Source: an uncultured Gammaproteobacteria bacterium (GTDB lineage: Bacteria > Patescibacteriota > Patescibacteriia > UBA9934 > CAMTUG01). Taken from it: a stretch of DNA of 64,000 nt. Shown here in pieces: positions 35,784 to 45,731 of this stretch. The stretch is from positions 3,128 through 67,127 of the forward strand of contig CAZPQJ010000007.1 of the NCBI GenBank assembly GCA_964588955.1, read 5' to 3'. A program made the position numbers and the translations under genes. A model generated the notes under the pieces. The model did not search any database, was not told where the DNA came from, and worked only from the letters and a program-made list of their open reading frames with translations. Each line of letters starts with the position of its first letter. Positions within the stretch are counted from its first letter, which is position 1.

Positions 35784-38700
35784 CTAGTAAACGAGGGTTC
35801 CACCCGTGAGCGGCAACGACTTGACGTAGGTACCGTCAACATCTGTGCCCTGGGTGTCATCATCCCAGATGATCGATCCATCCGGATCCGTACCGGCGTT
35901 GGTAGACACTTCGCTGTCGCGTGGGATGTCGAAGCGCACCGTGTCGTCGTCGCTCGAGCTTGCGCCCGTGGTGTCGACGTACAAGGAGTAGGTTTCGGTT
36001 GCACCCGCGGCGATTTCAACGGAGGTGGTGAGGTCCATAACGATGTACGTTACGACTTCATCCGCGCCACAAGAAGCGCCAGTGGAATCAAGGAAGGTCC
36101 AGTCACCATCCACGTCGAGGTCGTCAGACAAATCGTCGTAGTTGTAGAACGAGAAGTCTGCAGCCGCGAGCGCTGGAGAGGCGTCACATTGGTTCCAGTC
36201 TGGATCCGCTTCACCGTTGTTGTCGGTCGAAGTCATCTTGAAGGTCAACTCGTCGAGAGTCACGTAACCGTGAGAATCGGCGGCGATGTTCAAGCGGAGC
36301 ACTTCGTCCAAGCCTGGGATAGCCGAGCCAGACGGAGAACCACTTGCGCGGCTCAACGTTGGCTTGGTCTTGCGCAATTCGAAGGTGTCGGCGGTCTGGT
36401 CAGTACCAGAGTCAACAGTGGTCGTACCGGAGCTCACGCCTGTGTAAGACGTGGTGTCGGCATCGATACCGATGACCAAGGTGTCGCCAGAGGCGGCGCC
36501 AGAAGCTGAAACGGTGCTGGTGTCAACAGTAACGGTCAGGTCGGCCGTACCGTCAACAGGCACGAACATATCGAGACCTTCGAAGGTCGCGACGCCGCTG
36601 GAGAACACGGAGCTGGAGGTCTTGGTTTGACCGTCCTCATCTTCGTAGCTCACCGAAACGGAGTCAGCAGCTTCGTCAGCGCCGGCGTTGGTGATGTTTA
36701 CGGTGTCCACGATGAAGGACTCCGTAGCGGCGGTGAAGCGGAAGACACCAACCTCAACGTCGGAGCTGCCTCCAATGATGATGGTCGAGTCTGGGCTGTC
36801 AGAGCCGAGAGCGGTGGTCAAGGTACCGTTGGCAACCACACCAACTTCGATGGTGTCAGCAGTGTTACCGTCGGTCAAGGTGATCGAAGAACCAGTCAAC
36901 TGGTCTCCGTCTTCGTCTTCGGCGACGATATCGCCAACAACGGCGATTTCAACCGCGTACTCGTCTGGGGTAGCAACCACGGAAAGGTTGGCGAGGTCAC
37001 AAGTGACCGTCAACTTCTCGGTGCTGCCGGCAGGAATGGTCCAGTCAAAGCCGTCGAAGCTGACGTCGGCGCTAGAATCCGGAGATTCTGGGCCGTCGAC
37101 CAACTCACCGTCGGCGTTGTAGATGGAGCAAGAAGTGATGCGATCGTCTGCAGCGAGGGCAGAGATATCACCAGCCTCATCGAAGGTGTCATCACCGTCA
37201 GAGTCCACCAAAATGTGGAAGTCAGCGGTGGTAACCGTAATGTCGGAAGCTTCACCAGCGGCGAAGGAGAATCCGACCATGTCCACGTCTTGAGAGCCCT
37301 TCACCACCGTGGCGGAAGACGGTGATCCAGCCAAGTTGATGGTCAAAGAAGCGTCGTTCAAAACCATGGCGTTACCGTTCAAGTCAGCGTTCGGAACGAT
37401 GTCGGTTCCGACCACAAGGTTGTTACCTTGGGCGTCCTCGGCGTCGGTCGCGCTGCTGTCCATGACAGCGGTAATAGTGTCATCAGCGGCGGCGTCTCCG
37501 GTGTCAATGATGTCGGTCACCAAAGACAAGTCCCAAGAGTCACCGGCAGCGATGTCGAACTCGTCACTGAAGACGAGGGTCTGGGTGTTGTCGCCAATCG
37601 TGGCCAACTCTTCTGGCCCCATCAAGGTCGAGCCATCTTCCTTAACGATGCGGAAGTTCTCGAAGTTGAAGTCGGTACCGTCGTCAGCATCGGTCATGGT
37701 CAAGTCAAAGTTCAAGGAGTTCACGGTGGCGTCGTTCTGAGACGTCAAGGTGAAGTTGAAAATGGCTTGATCATCGCCACCAATCTGAAGATCCGTGGCA
37801 GCGGAAGGACCGTTGAAGGCAAAGGTAAGTTTGCCACCGATGATGTTCACAAAGGAACATTCATCGCCGGAAGTAGCACAAGCGGCACCGTCATCGCCCA
37901 TGTTGTTGGTGACTTGCATGCCGAAGCCGAAGTCGCCACCAATGGCGGTAAGGTCCGAGTTCTCTTCCAAAGCGGTCGCGATGGTGTCGTTCGGGTCGCC
38001 GCCGATCTTGGCGGTCACCTTGAAGGTCTTGGTGTTGCCGTCGAGAACAGTGTAGGCGTCGTCGAAGGTGAAGAGCACCAAGTCGTTGCCGATGGATTCA
38101 CCGTCAGCGATCTTGGTTGAGCTCTGCCACAATTCGTACTCGTCGTGATCTTCCGCTTTGTCGACGTTCAACGTAAGCGATTCGATCATGGCGTCCTCGT
38201 TGTTGGCGTCGATGGTAAAACGAGCGATTTCCGCACCTTCCTCACCGATGGTGACATCGGAGAGAGAACCGGTTTCGTCAATCGTCACGGTACCAACTTC
38301 AGCGCCGTCAGTGAGGGTGTTCCATTCGCTGGAAACCGGGAAGTCGCCGTTCACGGATTCAGCTGTAGAGGTCACAGCATCTTCGCTTTCGATTTCGAAA
38401 GCAACGGAAGCGGTGCTCAAATCAGCGTCAACCGTGGTGACGTCACCAGTCAACCAAACCGTTTCGGTGTCGCCATCAGCAACCTCGATTCCGAGGCTGG
38501 AGAAGGTCACGTCGCGGGTGGTGGAGTTGATGCTCTTTCCGTTGGTCAAGCGTTGGCCATTCCAGTACACGTACAGGTTGGCAAACACATCGACGCTAGC
38601 CACACCGGTGAAGTGGAAAGCAAGGTTGCTGACGGTCACGTCAGAACCACTGGCTTCCAAATCAACAGCCATAAGCTGAACGTTGGTGGCGCTCAACGGA

Positions 38701-39482
38701 ACGGTTTGTCCCGATGGGCTGTCACCATTCTCGCTGACCGTAAGACCGCCGCTAACGGTGGTCGTACCCGTAGCTTGCTGAGAAGCGTCCGAGAGGGCAG
38801 GCACTTCAGAGCTAATAGAGCTACCGGTGGAGTAGTCAGAGAGAGCCACGGAAGAATCCGTGATCACGAACTGGCTCATCAAGCGGTTGTCGGTCATACC
38901 GGCGGAAGAGACGGAACGCTTTTCCCCATCCCAAATGAGATAGGTGGTGCTGCCGTCTTTCACCATCATGCCGTCAACGAGCTCAGCGGTCATCATCGAG
39001 GAGCCTTCGGAGTAGTCAGTGAAGAATACATCCGGGACGTCAATGATCCACTTGTTCCAGTCGCTGCCGTACAAATCCGTAGCAACCTCTTCGGTTTCTA
39101 CCCAGCGGATTTCTCCGTCGGTGGTAACCACGTAGGTCTTCGGATCGGTGTCAATTTTCACCATCCATGTGCCGGGGCGCACGACGATGTTGCCGGCGAG
39201 CGGGTAGCTCGCGAGCTGGGAATCACTAACCGTCATGACGTCGTTGAAGTTCGAGTACCACGTCATGTAGGTTTTTTCGTTCGGGAAGGTCCAGCGTTCA
39301 CCACCGTAGTAGTAATACACCGTCGAAAGGCTGCCTTTGATAAGGTCGCCGTTCGAAAGGGTCGTTTCCGCGCTGGCTGCGAGAGGAGCGACGAAGGAAG
39401 CGGCGCCGACAGACCACAAAATGGTCGCGACAGCCACAGCCACCGTGAACGCTCGTTTCCCGAGAGTCATAGCATTCTGCAT
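35784..39482 (-). CDS. Large (1232 aa) secreted cell-surface protein (S-layer/adhesin-like, repeated beta domains)
   Basis: A signal peptide is present. The protein is rich in Thr/Ser/Asp/Gly/Val with repeated Ig-like segments. No catalytic motifs were recognised. Confidence 0.6.
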   Translation of the reverse strand: MQNAMTLGKRAFTVAVAVATILWSVGAASFVAPLAASAETTLSNGDLIKGSLSTVYYYYGGERWTFPNEKTYMTWYSNFNDVMTVSDSQLASYPLAGNIVVRPGTWMVKIDTDPKTYVVTTDGEIRWVETEEVATDLYGSDWNKWIIDVPDVFFTDYSEGSSMMTAELVDGMMVKDGSTTYLIWDGEKRSVSSAGMTDNRLMSQFVITDSSVALSDYSTGSSISSEVPALSDASQQATGTTTVSGGLTVSENGDSPSGQTVPLSATNVQLMAVDLEASGSDVTVSNLAFHFTGVASVDVFANLYVYWNGQRLTNGKSINSTTRDVTFSSLGIEVADGDTETVWLTGDVTTVDADLSTASVAFEIESEDAVTSTAESVNGDFPVSSEWNTLTDGAEVGTVTIDETGSLSDVTIGEEGAEIARFTIDANNEDAMIESLTLNVDKAEDHDEYELWQSSTKIADGESIGNDLVLFTFDDAYTVLDGNTKTFKVTAKIGGDPNDTIATALEENSDLTAIGGDFGFGMQVTNNMGDDGAACATSGDECSFVNIIGGKLTFAFNGPSAATDLQIGGDDQAIFNFTLTSQNDATVNSLNFDLTMTDADDGTDFNFENFRIVKEDGSTLMGPEELATIGDNTQTLVFSDEFDIAAGDSWDLSLVTDIIDTGDAAADDTITAVMDSSATDAEDAQGNNLVVGTDIVPNADLNGNAMVLNDASLTINLAGSPSSATVVKGSQDVDMVGFSFAAGEASDITVTTADFHILVDSDGDDTFDEAGDISALAADDRITSCSIYNADGELVDGPESPDSSADVSFDGFDWTIPAGSTEKLTVTCDLANLSVVATPDEYAVEIAVVGDIVAEDEDGDQLTGSSITLTDGNTADTIEVGVVANGTLTTALGSDSPDSTIIIGGSSDVEVGVFRFTAATESFIVDTVNITNAGADEAADSVSVSYEDEDGQTKTSSSVFSSGVATFEGLDMFVPVDGTADLTVTVDTSTVSASGAASGDTLVIGIDADTTSYTGVSSGTTTVDSGTDQTADTFELRKTKPTLSRASGSPSGSAIPGLDEVLRLNIAADSHGYVTLDELTFKMTSTDNNGEADPDWNQCDASPALAAADFSFYNYDDLSDDLDVDGDWTFLDSTGASCGADEVVTYIVMDLTTSVEIAAGATETYSLYVDTTGASSSDDDTVRFDIPRDSEVSTNAGTDPDGSIIWDDDTQGTDVDGTYVKSLPLTGGTLVY

Positions 39483-39641
39483 AAGGAATTTTCCTTTTCT
39501 TTCGTTTAATGATAGAGCGATGAAGCGGCCTATGCGGCCTCGACCTTTCAGCTTCTTCGCGTGATAAACACATCCGGTGTGCCGACCTTATTGGTCAACA
39601 CTCGTTGATCCGCAAAACGGACCAACGAGTAGTGAGCAATG

Positions 39642-40724
39642 CTACTCAATCGGGGACAAATCTACTGAGGCGTCTTGCTGGGCAACAATCGACAATTCCA
39701 AGGCGGCGATTTGCGCTTCCACTTCGCTAATCGTGTTATCAATTTCATCCAATTGTTCGAACGCAGAACGATAACCACCAGCAGCCATAATATTCATCGC
39801 TTCATGCACTTGCGTGTTCACGTGCTGCAAACGCGAGGTCATGAACTTCAAATCTGTGCCGACAGGAAGTGTTACGGCGCCCGCAGCAACAACATGTTGA
39901 ATCACAGCGACGCGACCGAGAGCTAATTTGACTTGAGCATCGATGGAAAGAAGATTTTGCTGGAACGATTTTTGCAAATCTTCCGTAACGACTCCTTGCT
40001 GCTGCGATGCTTCCGCAGAAGTAACGAGTACCTCGACCGCTTCATCGCCTGCTTGCTCAGCATCTTCTTTTGCGCCAGCGACATCAACCTCTGAAGCATC
40101 ATCGAGAGCTAATGCCGTTTGATCAATAGAGGCGGCGTATTCATTTGCCTTTGCGTCTAAAGCGCTCGCAACTGCCACCGCTTCTTCGCTTCCTTGTAAA
40201 CTCTTCAACGACGTTTTCGCTTCCGCGACTTCATTCTTAAAGGCACTGACCGCCGATTTCATGCGCTCCGTTTTATCGCTGGAATCGGAATGACTGATCG
40301 AGCTCGCTTCAGCCAAACGACGGCTAGCAAACTCCATGTGCAACGCAGCGCGCTTTTGATCGGAAATAGTAATGGAAAGTTGTGCTTGTTCCGTAGCAAT
40401 CTTGATAGGATACAACATGTCGCCAGGTACAGATTCGTACGCGGCGTTCACCGAGGTCATCCAACCACCGGCGGCCAACACCAAAATACCAATCCCAACC
40501 ATGAGTGGGCGCAACACCGCGTGACGGAATTCAAACAAAAATGTATCCGCGTAATCGCGCAAGGTGTAAACCGGACGGGAAACATCTTCCGCGCCAATCA
40601 TGCGAAGCAAAGCTTCCCGGGCAGCGTTCGTCTGCTCGGGCGTGCGCGCACCAAACTCCGGTTTGTCTCGGAGGGAACGCAACGCTTTAGTTATTTCGCG
40701 ATTGATCGTCATAATCATTTTCAA
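39642..40724 (-). CDS. Putative anti-sigma factor (single TM, DUF5667-like extracytoplasmic coiled-coil domain)
   Basis: It overlaps the ECF sigma gene by 38 bp on the same strand. A cytoplasmic N-terminus, one TM helix and an Ala/Glu-rich helical ectodomain are present. Confidence 0.5.
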   Translation of the reverse strand: MKMIMTINREITKALRSLRDKPEFGARTPEQTNAAREALLRMIGAEDVSRPVYTLRDYADTFLFEFRHAVLRPLMVGIGILVLAAGGWMTSVNAAYESVPGDMLYPIKIATEQAQLSITISDQKRAALHMEFASRRLAEASSISHSDSSDKTERMKSAVSAFKNEVAEAKTSLKSLQGSEEAVAVASALDAKANEYAASIDQTALALDDASEVDVAGAKEDAEQAGDEAVEVLVTSAEASQQQGVVTEDLQKSFQQNLLSIDAQVKLALGRVAVIQHVVAAGAVTLPVGTDLKFMTSRLQHVNTQVHEAMNIMAAGGYRSAFEQLDEIDNTISEVEAQIAALELSIVAQQDASVDLSPIE

Positions 40725-41274
40725 TGTGGTGCTGATCCAGAAGTTCTCGTAAAGCTTTTAGCGCTCGGTGTAACTGTGTTCGTACGGCTCCCTCATTCTT
40801 TTCCAGTGCTTCACCGATTTCACGCATCGACATTTCATCTAAGTACCGCATCACCACCACGTCACGATATTCTTCTTTCAATCTTGGTAAGAGCTGCGCA
40901 ATCGCTTCGATGGAGATAACCGTGGAAAGTGTTCCTTCAATCACTTCGTGTGAGTCACCAATAATGTGTTCGCCTTCGCTCATGTCTACCTCTTGCGGAC
41001 GTCGCGACTTGGTGCGATAGAAGTTTGCGCAGACCGTTCGAGCAATGCGATAGAGAAATGGCGAGACGTTTTCGACCGGGGTCGTTTGCATGTACTCCCA
41101 CGCTCGCACGAACACTTCAGACAAGGCGTCTTCAGCGTCGTTTCGCGTTGGCAGCTTAAAGGTCAAATAGCGACTGATACGGGACTCATACAAGTTGTAT
41201 AATTCACCGAACGCTCTTTGATCCTTATTGCGGTAAACCCGCAATAAGAGAAACTTTTCACGTTGGGTGTTCAT
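40687..41274 (-). CDS. RNA polymerase sigma-70 family ECF sigma factor
   Basis: The region-2 motifs FGELYNLYESRISRY and AEDALSEVFVRAW are present. Region 4 reads VVVMRYLDEMSMREIGEALEKNEGAVRTQLHRALKAL. Confidence 0.8.
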   Translation of the reverse strand: MNTQREKFLLLRVYRNKDQRAFGELYNLYESRISRYLTFKLPTRNDAEDALSEVFVRAWEYMQTTPVENVSPFLYRIARTVCANFYRTKSRRPQEVDMSEGEHIIGDSHEVIEGTLSTVISIEAIAQLLPRLKEEYRDVVVMRYLDEMSMREIGEALEKNEGAVRTQLHRALKALRELLDQHHIENDYDDQSRNN

Positions 41275-41477
41275 ACTCCCGTCTACTTAATAAGTCGCCA
41301 ACAAAAACAAAACGTTACAGTGCGTTTCCGAGGCCGACCTATTATAGCAGATCGTTATGGCAAAAAGTGACCGTTTTTCGCCGTTTTATAGACATCTTGT
41401 GGATGATCCAACCCTCTCGTTGGAAGATGTTTCTTACCATAAATTGGGAAAATCCTCAATAGTCATGGGTAAAAAAC

Positions 41478-41506
41478 TTGACAAGATTACCAACTCTGTC
41501 TACACT
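41478..41506 (+). promoter_or_regulatory. Sigma-70-type promoter (TTGACA-N17-TACACT) for the HTH gene
   Basis: A canonical -35 (41478..41483) and -10 (41501..41506) lie ~30 bp upstream of the ATG at 41537. Confidence 0.6.
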
Positions 41507-41536
41507 AGCGTGGACAAAGTAACGTGTTAAATACCT

Positions 41537-41821
41537 ATGTCCGCCCAAGTCATTCGACTCTCTGTGTCAGAAGCTGCCAAAATCTTCGGAGTCAGCACAC
41601 GCACCGTGCGTCGTGCCATCGCCGAAGAAGCAATCACCTATGTTGTGGTTCAAGGCCGTTATAAAATTAACTTTGAATCTCTCTTACGGTGGTCGCAAGA
41701 AACAAGTACCGTACGCAACAAACGCGATCGCCAAGGGATTGGTCAGTTTGTGGATCAGTGGAAAATTAAAAACAAACTGTACTCCCCTAACCCAAAGATA
41801 GTAGAATCTCAACAGCACTAA
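41537..41821 (+). CDS. Helix-turn-helix DNA-binding protein (excisionase/MerR-like HTH_17)
   Basis: The HTH reads LSVSEAAKIFGVSTRTVRRAIAEEAI. The protein is small (94 aa). It is divergent from the sigma/anti-sigma operon. Confidence 0.6.
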   Translation: MSAQVIRLSVSEAAKIFGVSTRTVRRAIAEEAITYVVVQGRYKINFESLLRWSQETSTVRNKRDRQGIGQFVDQWKIKNKLYSPNPKIVESQQH

Positions 41822-41822
41822 T

Positions 41823-43805
41823 GTGACGTTCCGATTCTCTTTACTTATTACCATCGCTTCCCTGCTTTTGACGGCTATGCCGGTGCGGGCTTCTTCTAGC
41901 GACTCCGTGCGCACGGCAAACTACTTTTTACTTTCCGGTACAACTCTCGACGACAAGGCCACGCGCGCCACACTCGAAAAATACGATTTGCTTGTTCTCC
42001 CCATTTTAGCGCAAGAATATAACGTCGACTTTTTGAAAGAGGCGCGTGAAGTGAATCCAGATATTATTATCTTGGCGTATGTCCCAACCGTTAGTTGGAA
42101 CAACGTATGGTCATCGGATCTCTACAAAAAACTCAAAAAAGGCATTAAGCCTTCTTGGTGGCTAAAAGACAAAAGCGGCAAACAAGTTTCCATTTGGCCA
42201 AACACAGAGGCACTCAACCTGACCACGGATTGGTACAAGTATTTAGCCGATTGGACCGTCGACGATATTTTGTCTTCAGGATATTGGGATGGTGTGTTTT
42301 ACGATGAAGTGAGCGCGGAAATTAATTGGGTTTCCAACCTGAATATTTCTGACGCGGATTGGACACAGGGACTTGTAAACTTGTTCACACGCACACGCAC
42401 GCGAGCAGGCAAAGATACGATCATTGTCATGAACGGATCAAGCAACGACAAACTCATGCCGCTCACCAACGGCCGTATGTATGAATCCTTCCCTACTCCT
42501 TGGGAGGCAGGTGGTAGCTGGAGCGAAATCGAAAGCCGTTACTTGTCGCAACAAGATAATGTAAGTGGCGAGCCGACCTTTATTATCAACGGCAACAGCG
42601 ACAATACCGGCAATAAAACAGACTATCAAAAAGTCCGCTACGGCCTTACCTCCACTCTGCTCGGCGACGGCTACTTCGGGTACGACTTCGGCACCGAGTC
42701 GCACGGACAAACATGGTACTACGACGAATACGACGCCTTCTTAGGCGAACCTGCCGGTGATCCGAAAGACTTACTGAACCCAAGCAACACAACAATCAAA
42801 CCAAGCGTGTGGGCACGCGATTTCGATAAAGGCAAGGCCGTAGTCAATTCCACGAGTACCACGCAGAAGGTGCGTCTAGATGGCGAATACGAAAAACTTC
42901 ACGGCAGCCAAGATCCATCTACCAACGATGGCCGCATTATTTCTCAGCTCACGTTGCCGGCGGAAGACGGTATTGTTTTGTTGCGCCCATTAGAAACCGT
43001 CAACGACGCGGTTTATAAAAACGGAGCTTTCATTCGCATCTACGATGAAAATGGAGAAACCAAACGTAACGGATTTTTTGCCTACGACTCCGGTGCCACC
43101 GGAGGAGATTTAGTGATCTCCACGGACATGAACAACGACGGCAAACAAGAATTAGTGAGCGCCAACAAAAATCGGGTCGACATTTATGACGCCAACGGCT
43201 CTCTACACGCCTCGTTCTTTCCTTATACCAGCGCTTACACAGGCGGGGTAAACATTGCCATTGGCGATTTGGAAAACGACGGCACGATGGAGATTGTCAC
43301 AGGCACGGAAGATGGTGGCGGTCCGCAAATTCGTATTTTCAATAAAGACGGAGTACTCATCAATCCGGGATTTTTTGCTTACGACACGGCCTTCCGTGGC
43401 GGGGTCAATGTGACCATCGGCGACTTAAACGGCGACGCCACCAAAGAAATCGTGGCCGGCGCAGGCGTTGGCGGCGGGCCGCATGTGCGTGTCTTTAACA
43501 AAGATGGAAAACTGATCAACCCAGGGTTCATGGCTTATGACCCGTCTTTCCGCGGAGGAGTCAACGTGGCCGCGGCAGACGTGGACGGCGATGGCGTAAA
43601 AGAAATCATTACCGGCCCAGGCAAAGGAGGCAAACCGGAAGTAAAGGTATATACTAAAGATGGTATTGCTCTGAATACCGGTTTCCTTGTTTCAGAAACC
43701 ACAGACACAAGCGGAGTTGAAGTTTCCGCTGGAGATTTGGACGGCGATGGCAAAGAGGAAATCTTTACGGTGAGTTCTGACGTGTTCACCCTTTCCTTGT
43801 TCTAA
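41823..43805 (+). CDS. Secreted protein: putative glycoside-hydrolase-like N-domain plus C-terminal FG-GAP (integrin-alpha-type) repeats
   Basis: A signal peptide is present. The C-terminal half has 6 or more repeats of the form DxNxDGxxEIVTG...GGPxVRVFNKDG. Confidence 0.55.
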   Translation: MTFRFSLLITIASLLLTAMPVRASSSDSVRTANYFLLSGTTLDDKATRATLEKYDLLVLPILAQEYNVDFLKEAREVNPDIIILAYVPTVSWNNVWSSDLYKKLKKGIKPSWWLKDKSGKQVSIWPNTEALNLTTDWYKYLADWTVDDILSSGYWDGVFYDEVSAEINWVSNLNISDADWTQGLVNLFTRTRTRAGKDTIIVMNGSSNDKLMPLTNGRMYESFPTPWEAGGSWSEIESRYLSQQDNVSGEPTFIINGNSDNTGNKTDYQKVRYGLTSTLLGDGYFGYDFGTESHGQTWYYDEYDAFLGEPAGDPKDLLNPSNTTIKPSVWARDFDKGKAVVNSTSTTQKVRLDGEYEKLHGSQDPSTNDGRIISQLTLPAEDGIVLLRPLETVNDAVYKNGAFIRIYDENGETKRNGFFAYDSGATGGDLVISTDMNNDGKQELVSANKNRVDIYDANGSLHASFFPYTSAYTGGVNIAIGDLENDGTMEIVTGTEDGGGPQIRIFNKDGVLINPGFFAYDTAFRGGVNVTIGDLNGDATKEIVAGAGVGGGPHVRVFNKDGKLINPGFMAYDPSFRGGVNVAAADVDGDGVKEIITGPGKGGKPEVKVYTKDGIALNTGFLVSETTDTSGVEVSAGDLDGDGKEEIFTVSSDVFTLSLF

Positions 43806-43847
43806 CCTTTTTCCACCCACCAAACAACCGCTTTCTTCCTTTCCCCT

Positions 43848-45635
43848 ATGATCCACATCTTTCGTAAATCGCTGGAAATCGCTTCACAGCCAGGCAAATT
43901 GGTGAGCCGACCGCTGCAAAAAATTTTTCACCACCACTACGCGGAAAAGCGGTTTGCCCGCACGTTGTTTGTGGTGGATATTGTGGTGCTTGTTAGCATC
44001 GCTGTTTCCGTGGGACTTATTTTAGCCTTTACGGTTTTCCGACCAGCAAAAATTGTTAATCTTGTGCATGTAGACGCGACCGTGGCGCCAAGCGATGTTG
44101 TTTCCGGAGGATTATCGACACTCATCTTCCGCTACGAAAACACGTCGAGCGAGGAGTTGCGTTTCGCGCGCCTCAATCTAGGCTTCCCTGCCCATTTTGA
44201 ACAAACAGAAGCCCCGGCGGATCTCACGGAAGTCGCTCCACAAACCTACGACCTTGGGAGCATCGCCCCAGGAGCCAACGGATCGATCAAACTCTCCGGA
44301 GTCATGTTTGGCGACGTGGGTGGCGATCAAGTTTTTCAAAGCACCTTGAGTTTTGTTTATGGTCCGAACGACCGCACCGCCACCAAGTTCAGCGAGCACG
44401 TTTTTCATCCGTCGCATTCAACCTTGGCTCTTGAACTCACCCTCCCCGATCGCGTGGTACAAGGCCAGCAAGCGCAAGGAAAGATCACTTACAAAAACAC
44501 CGGCACGGTAGACTTTCCACAAATCCAAATCGAACCGATCTGGCCAGAAGGGTTCGTACTGGTGAGTAGTTCTCCGGCATTACTGGCCGAAGGCAATTCG
44601 TTCATACTCAACGGATTGCAAGCGGGTCAAGAAGGCACGATTTCGTTCGTTGGCCAAATGCCTCCCACAGAATCGGTCGACTTTATCTTCAACCCCAGCT
44701 TTACCTTTGGTGATGATTATTACACCCAAGATCGTCTGACGCAAAACGTCAAACTTCTTCCCTCACAAATAAAAACCACTACCACGTTCTCTCCTGAAAC
44801 GATTACGCCAGGGGGAACGATGGTGGTTACCGTCGCTTACGAACACATTGGCGAACTTCCCATCAACGACTTGGCGATCAATATCAACACGCTTAATCAG
44901 CCCCTCTTTCAAAAACCATCCTACGAAGTGTTGCAAACAGTGACAGCCGTACAACCGGGAGACATCGGGAGTGCCAGTATCACCGTGCGCTTTAATAGCA
45001 GCATTGACGCCAGAACAGTCAGTACGTACCAACAATTAAGCGCGCTCGTGAAAACCTACGTCAATTACACGCTAACCCAAGACGATCTTCCACCAGCGCA
45101 AATCAGTCTTCTTGGCGCATCCGACAGTTTGAACATCACCAGTCCTGTGGTGCTGGAATCGTTTGGACGCTACGCCTCGCCGCAAGGCGATCAGCTTGGG
45201 CGCGGACCATTGCCGCCGCTTGTTGGCGAAGAAACGAAGTATTGGGTGTTTATGACCATTCGTGGAACAACAAATGATTTAGAGAATCTCAAAATGGACG
45301 CGGACTTAGGTCCTGGAGTCACCTTCACCGGCAAACAAAGTGTTTCCTATGGAGAGAGCTTGAATTACAACACAACAGATCACTCGATCACCTGGACGAT
45401 TGGATCGCTTCCGCCGACGTTGGCACCCGGCAGTCAAATGGTTTCCGTGGCCTTCGAAGTAGCCATCACTCCAACCGCCGACATGATTGGCAAAACCCCA
45501 ACCCTGCTCGCTTCCCCGCTCGTCAGCGCCCGCGACACCTTTACGGGCACCTTCGTCAGCGCCCGCGGTAGCACCATCACGACAAACTTACCATACGATT
45601 CCATGGCCGCGGGACTCGGCGTGGTGGAGGAATAG
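43848..45635 (+). CDS. Hypothetical membrane-anchored extracellular protein
   Basis: 595-aa ORF with an N-terminal TM helix. The remainder is beta-rich and unassigned. Confidence 0.5.
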   Translation: MIHIFRKSLEIASQPGKLVSRPLQKIFHHHYAEKRFARTLFVVDIVVLVSIAVSVGLILAFTVFRPAKIVNLVHVDATVAPSDVVSGGLSTLIFRYENTSSEELRFARLNLGFPAHFEQTEAPADLTEVAPQTYDLGSIAPGANGSIKLSGVMFGDVGGDQVFQSTLSFVYGPNDRTATKFSEHVFHPSHSTLALELTLPDRVVQGQQAQGKITYKNTGTVDFPQIQIEPIWPEGFVLVSSSPALLAEGNSFILNGLQAGQEGTISFVGQMPPTESVDFIFNPSFTFGDDYYTQDRLTQNVKLLPSQIKTTTTFSPETITPGGTMVVTVAYEHIGELPINDLAININTLNQPLFQKPSYEVLQTVTAVQPGDIGSASITVRFNSSIDARTVSTYQQLSALVKTYVNYTLTQDDLPPAQISLLGASDSLNITSPVVLESFGRYASPQGDQLGRGPLPPLVGEETKYWVFMTIRGTTNDLENLKMDADLGPGVTFTGKQSVSYGESLNYNTTDHSITWTIGSLPPTLAPGSQMVSVAFEVAITPTADMIGKTPTLLASPLVSARDTFTGTFVSARGSTITTNLPYDSMAAGLGVVEE

Positions 45636-45649
45636 TAATTTGATAAAAT

Positions 45650-45689
45650 AAAAACATAGACGGGAGTCTCTACTCCCGTCTATGTTTTT
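45650..45689. terminator. Bidirectional intrinsic terminator between convergent genes
   Basis: aaaaacatagacgggagt-ctc-tactcccgtctatgttttt is a perfect 18-bp stem with A/T tracts on both sides. Confidence 0.75.
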
Positions 45690-45731
45690 CCTTGAAAAGG
45701 GATCCTTACGCGACTGGGGGGGCAAGTCAAC

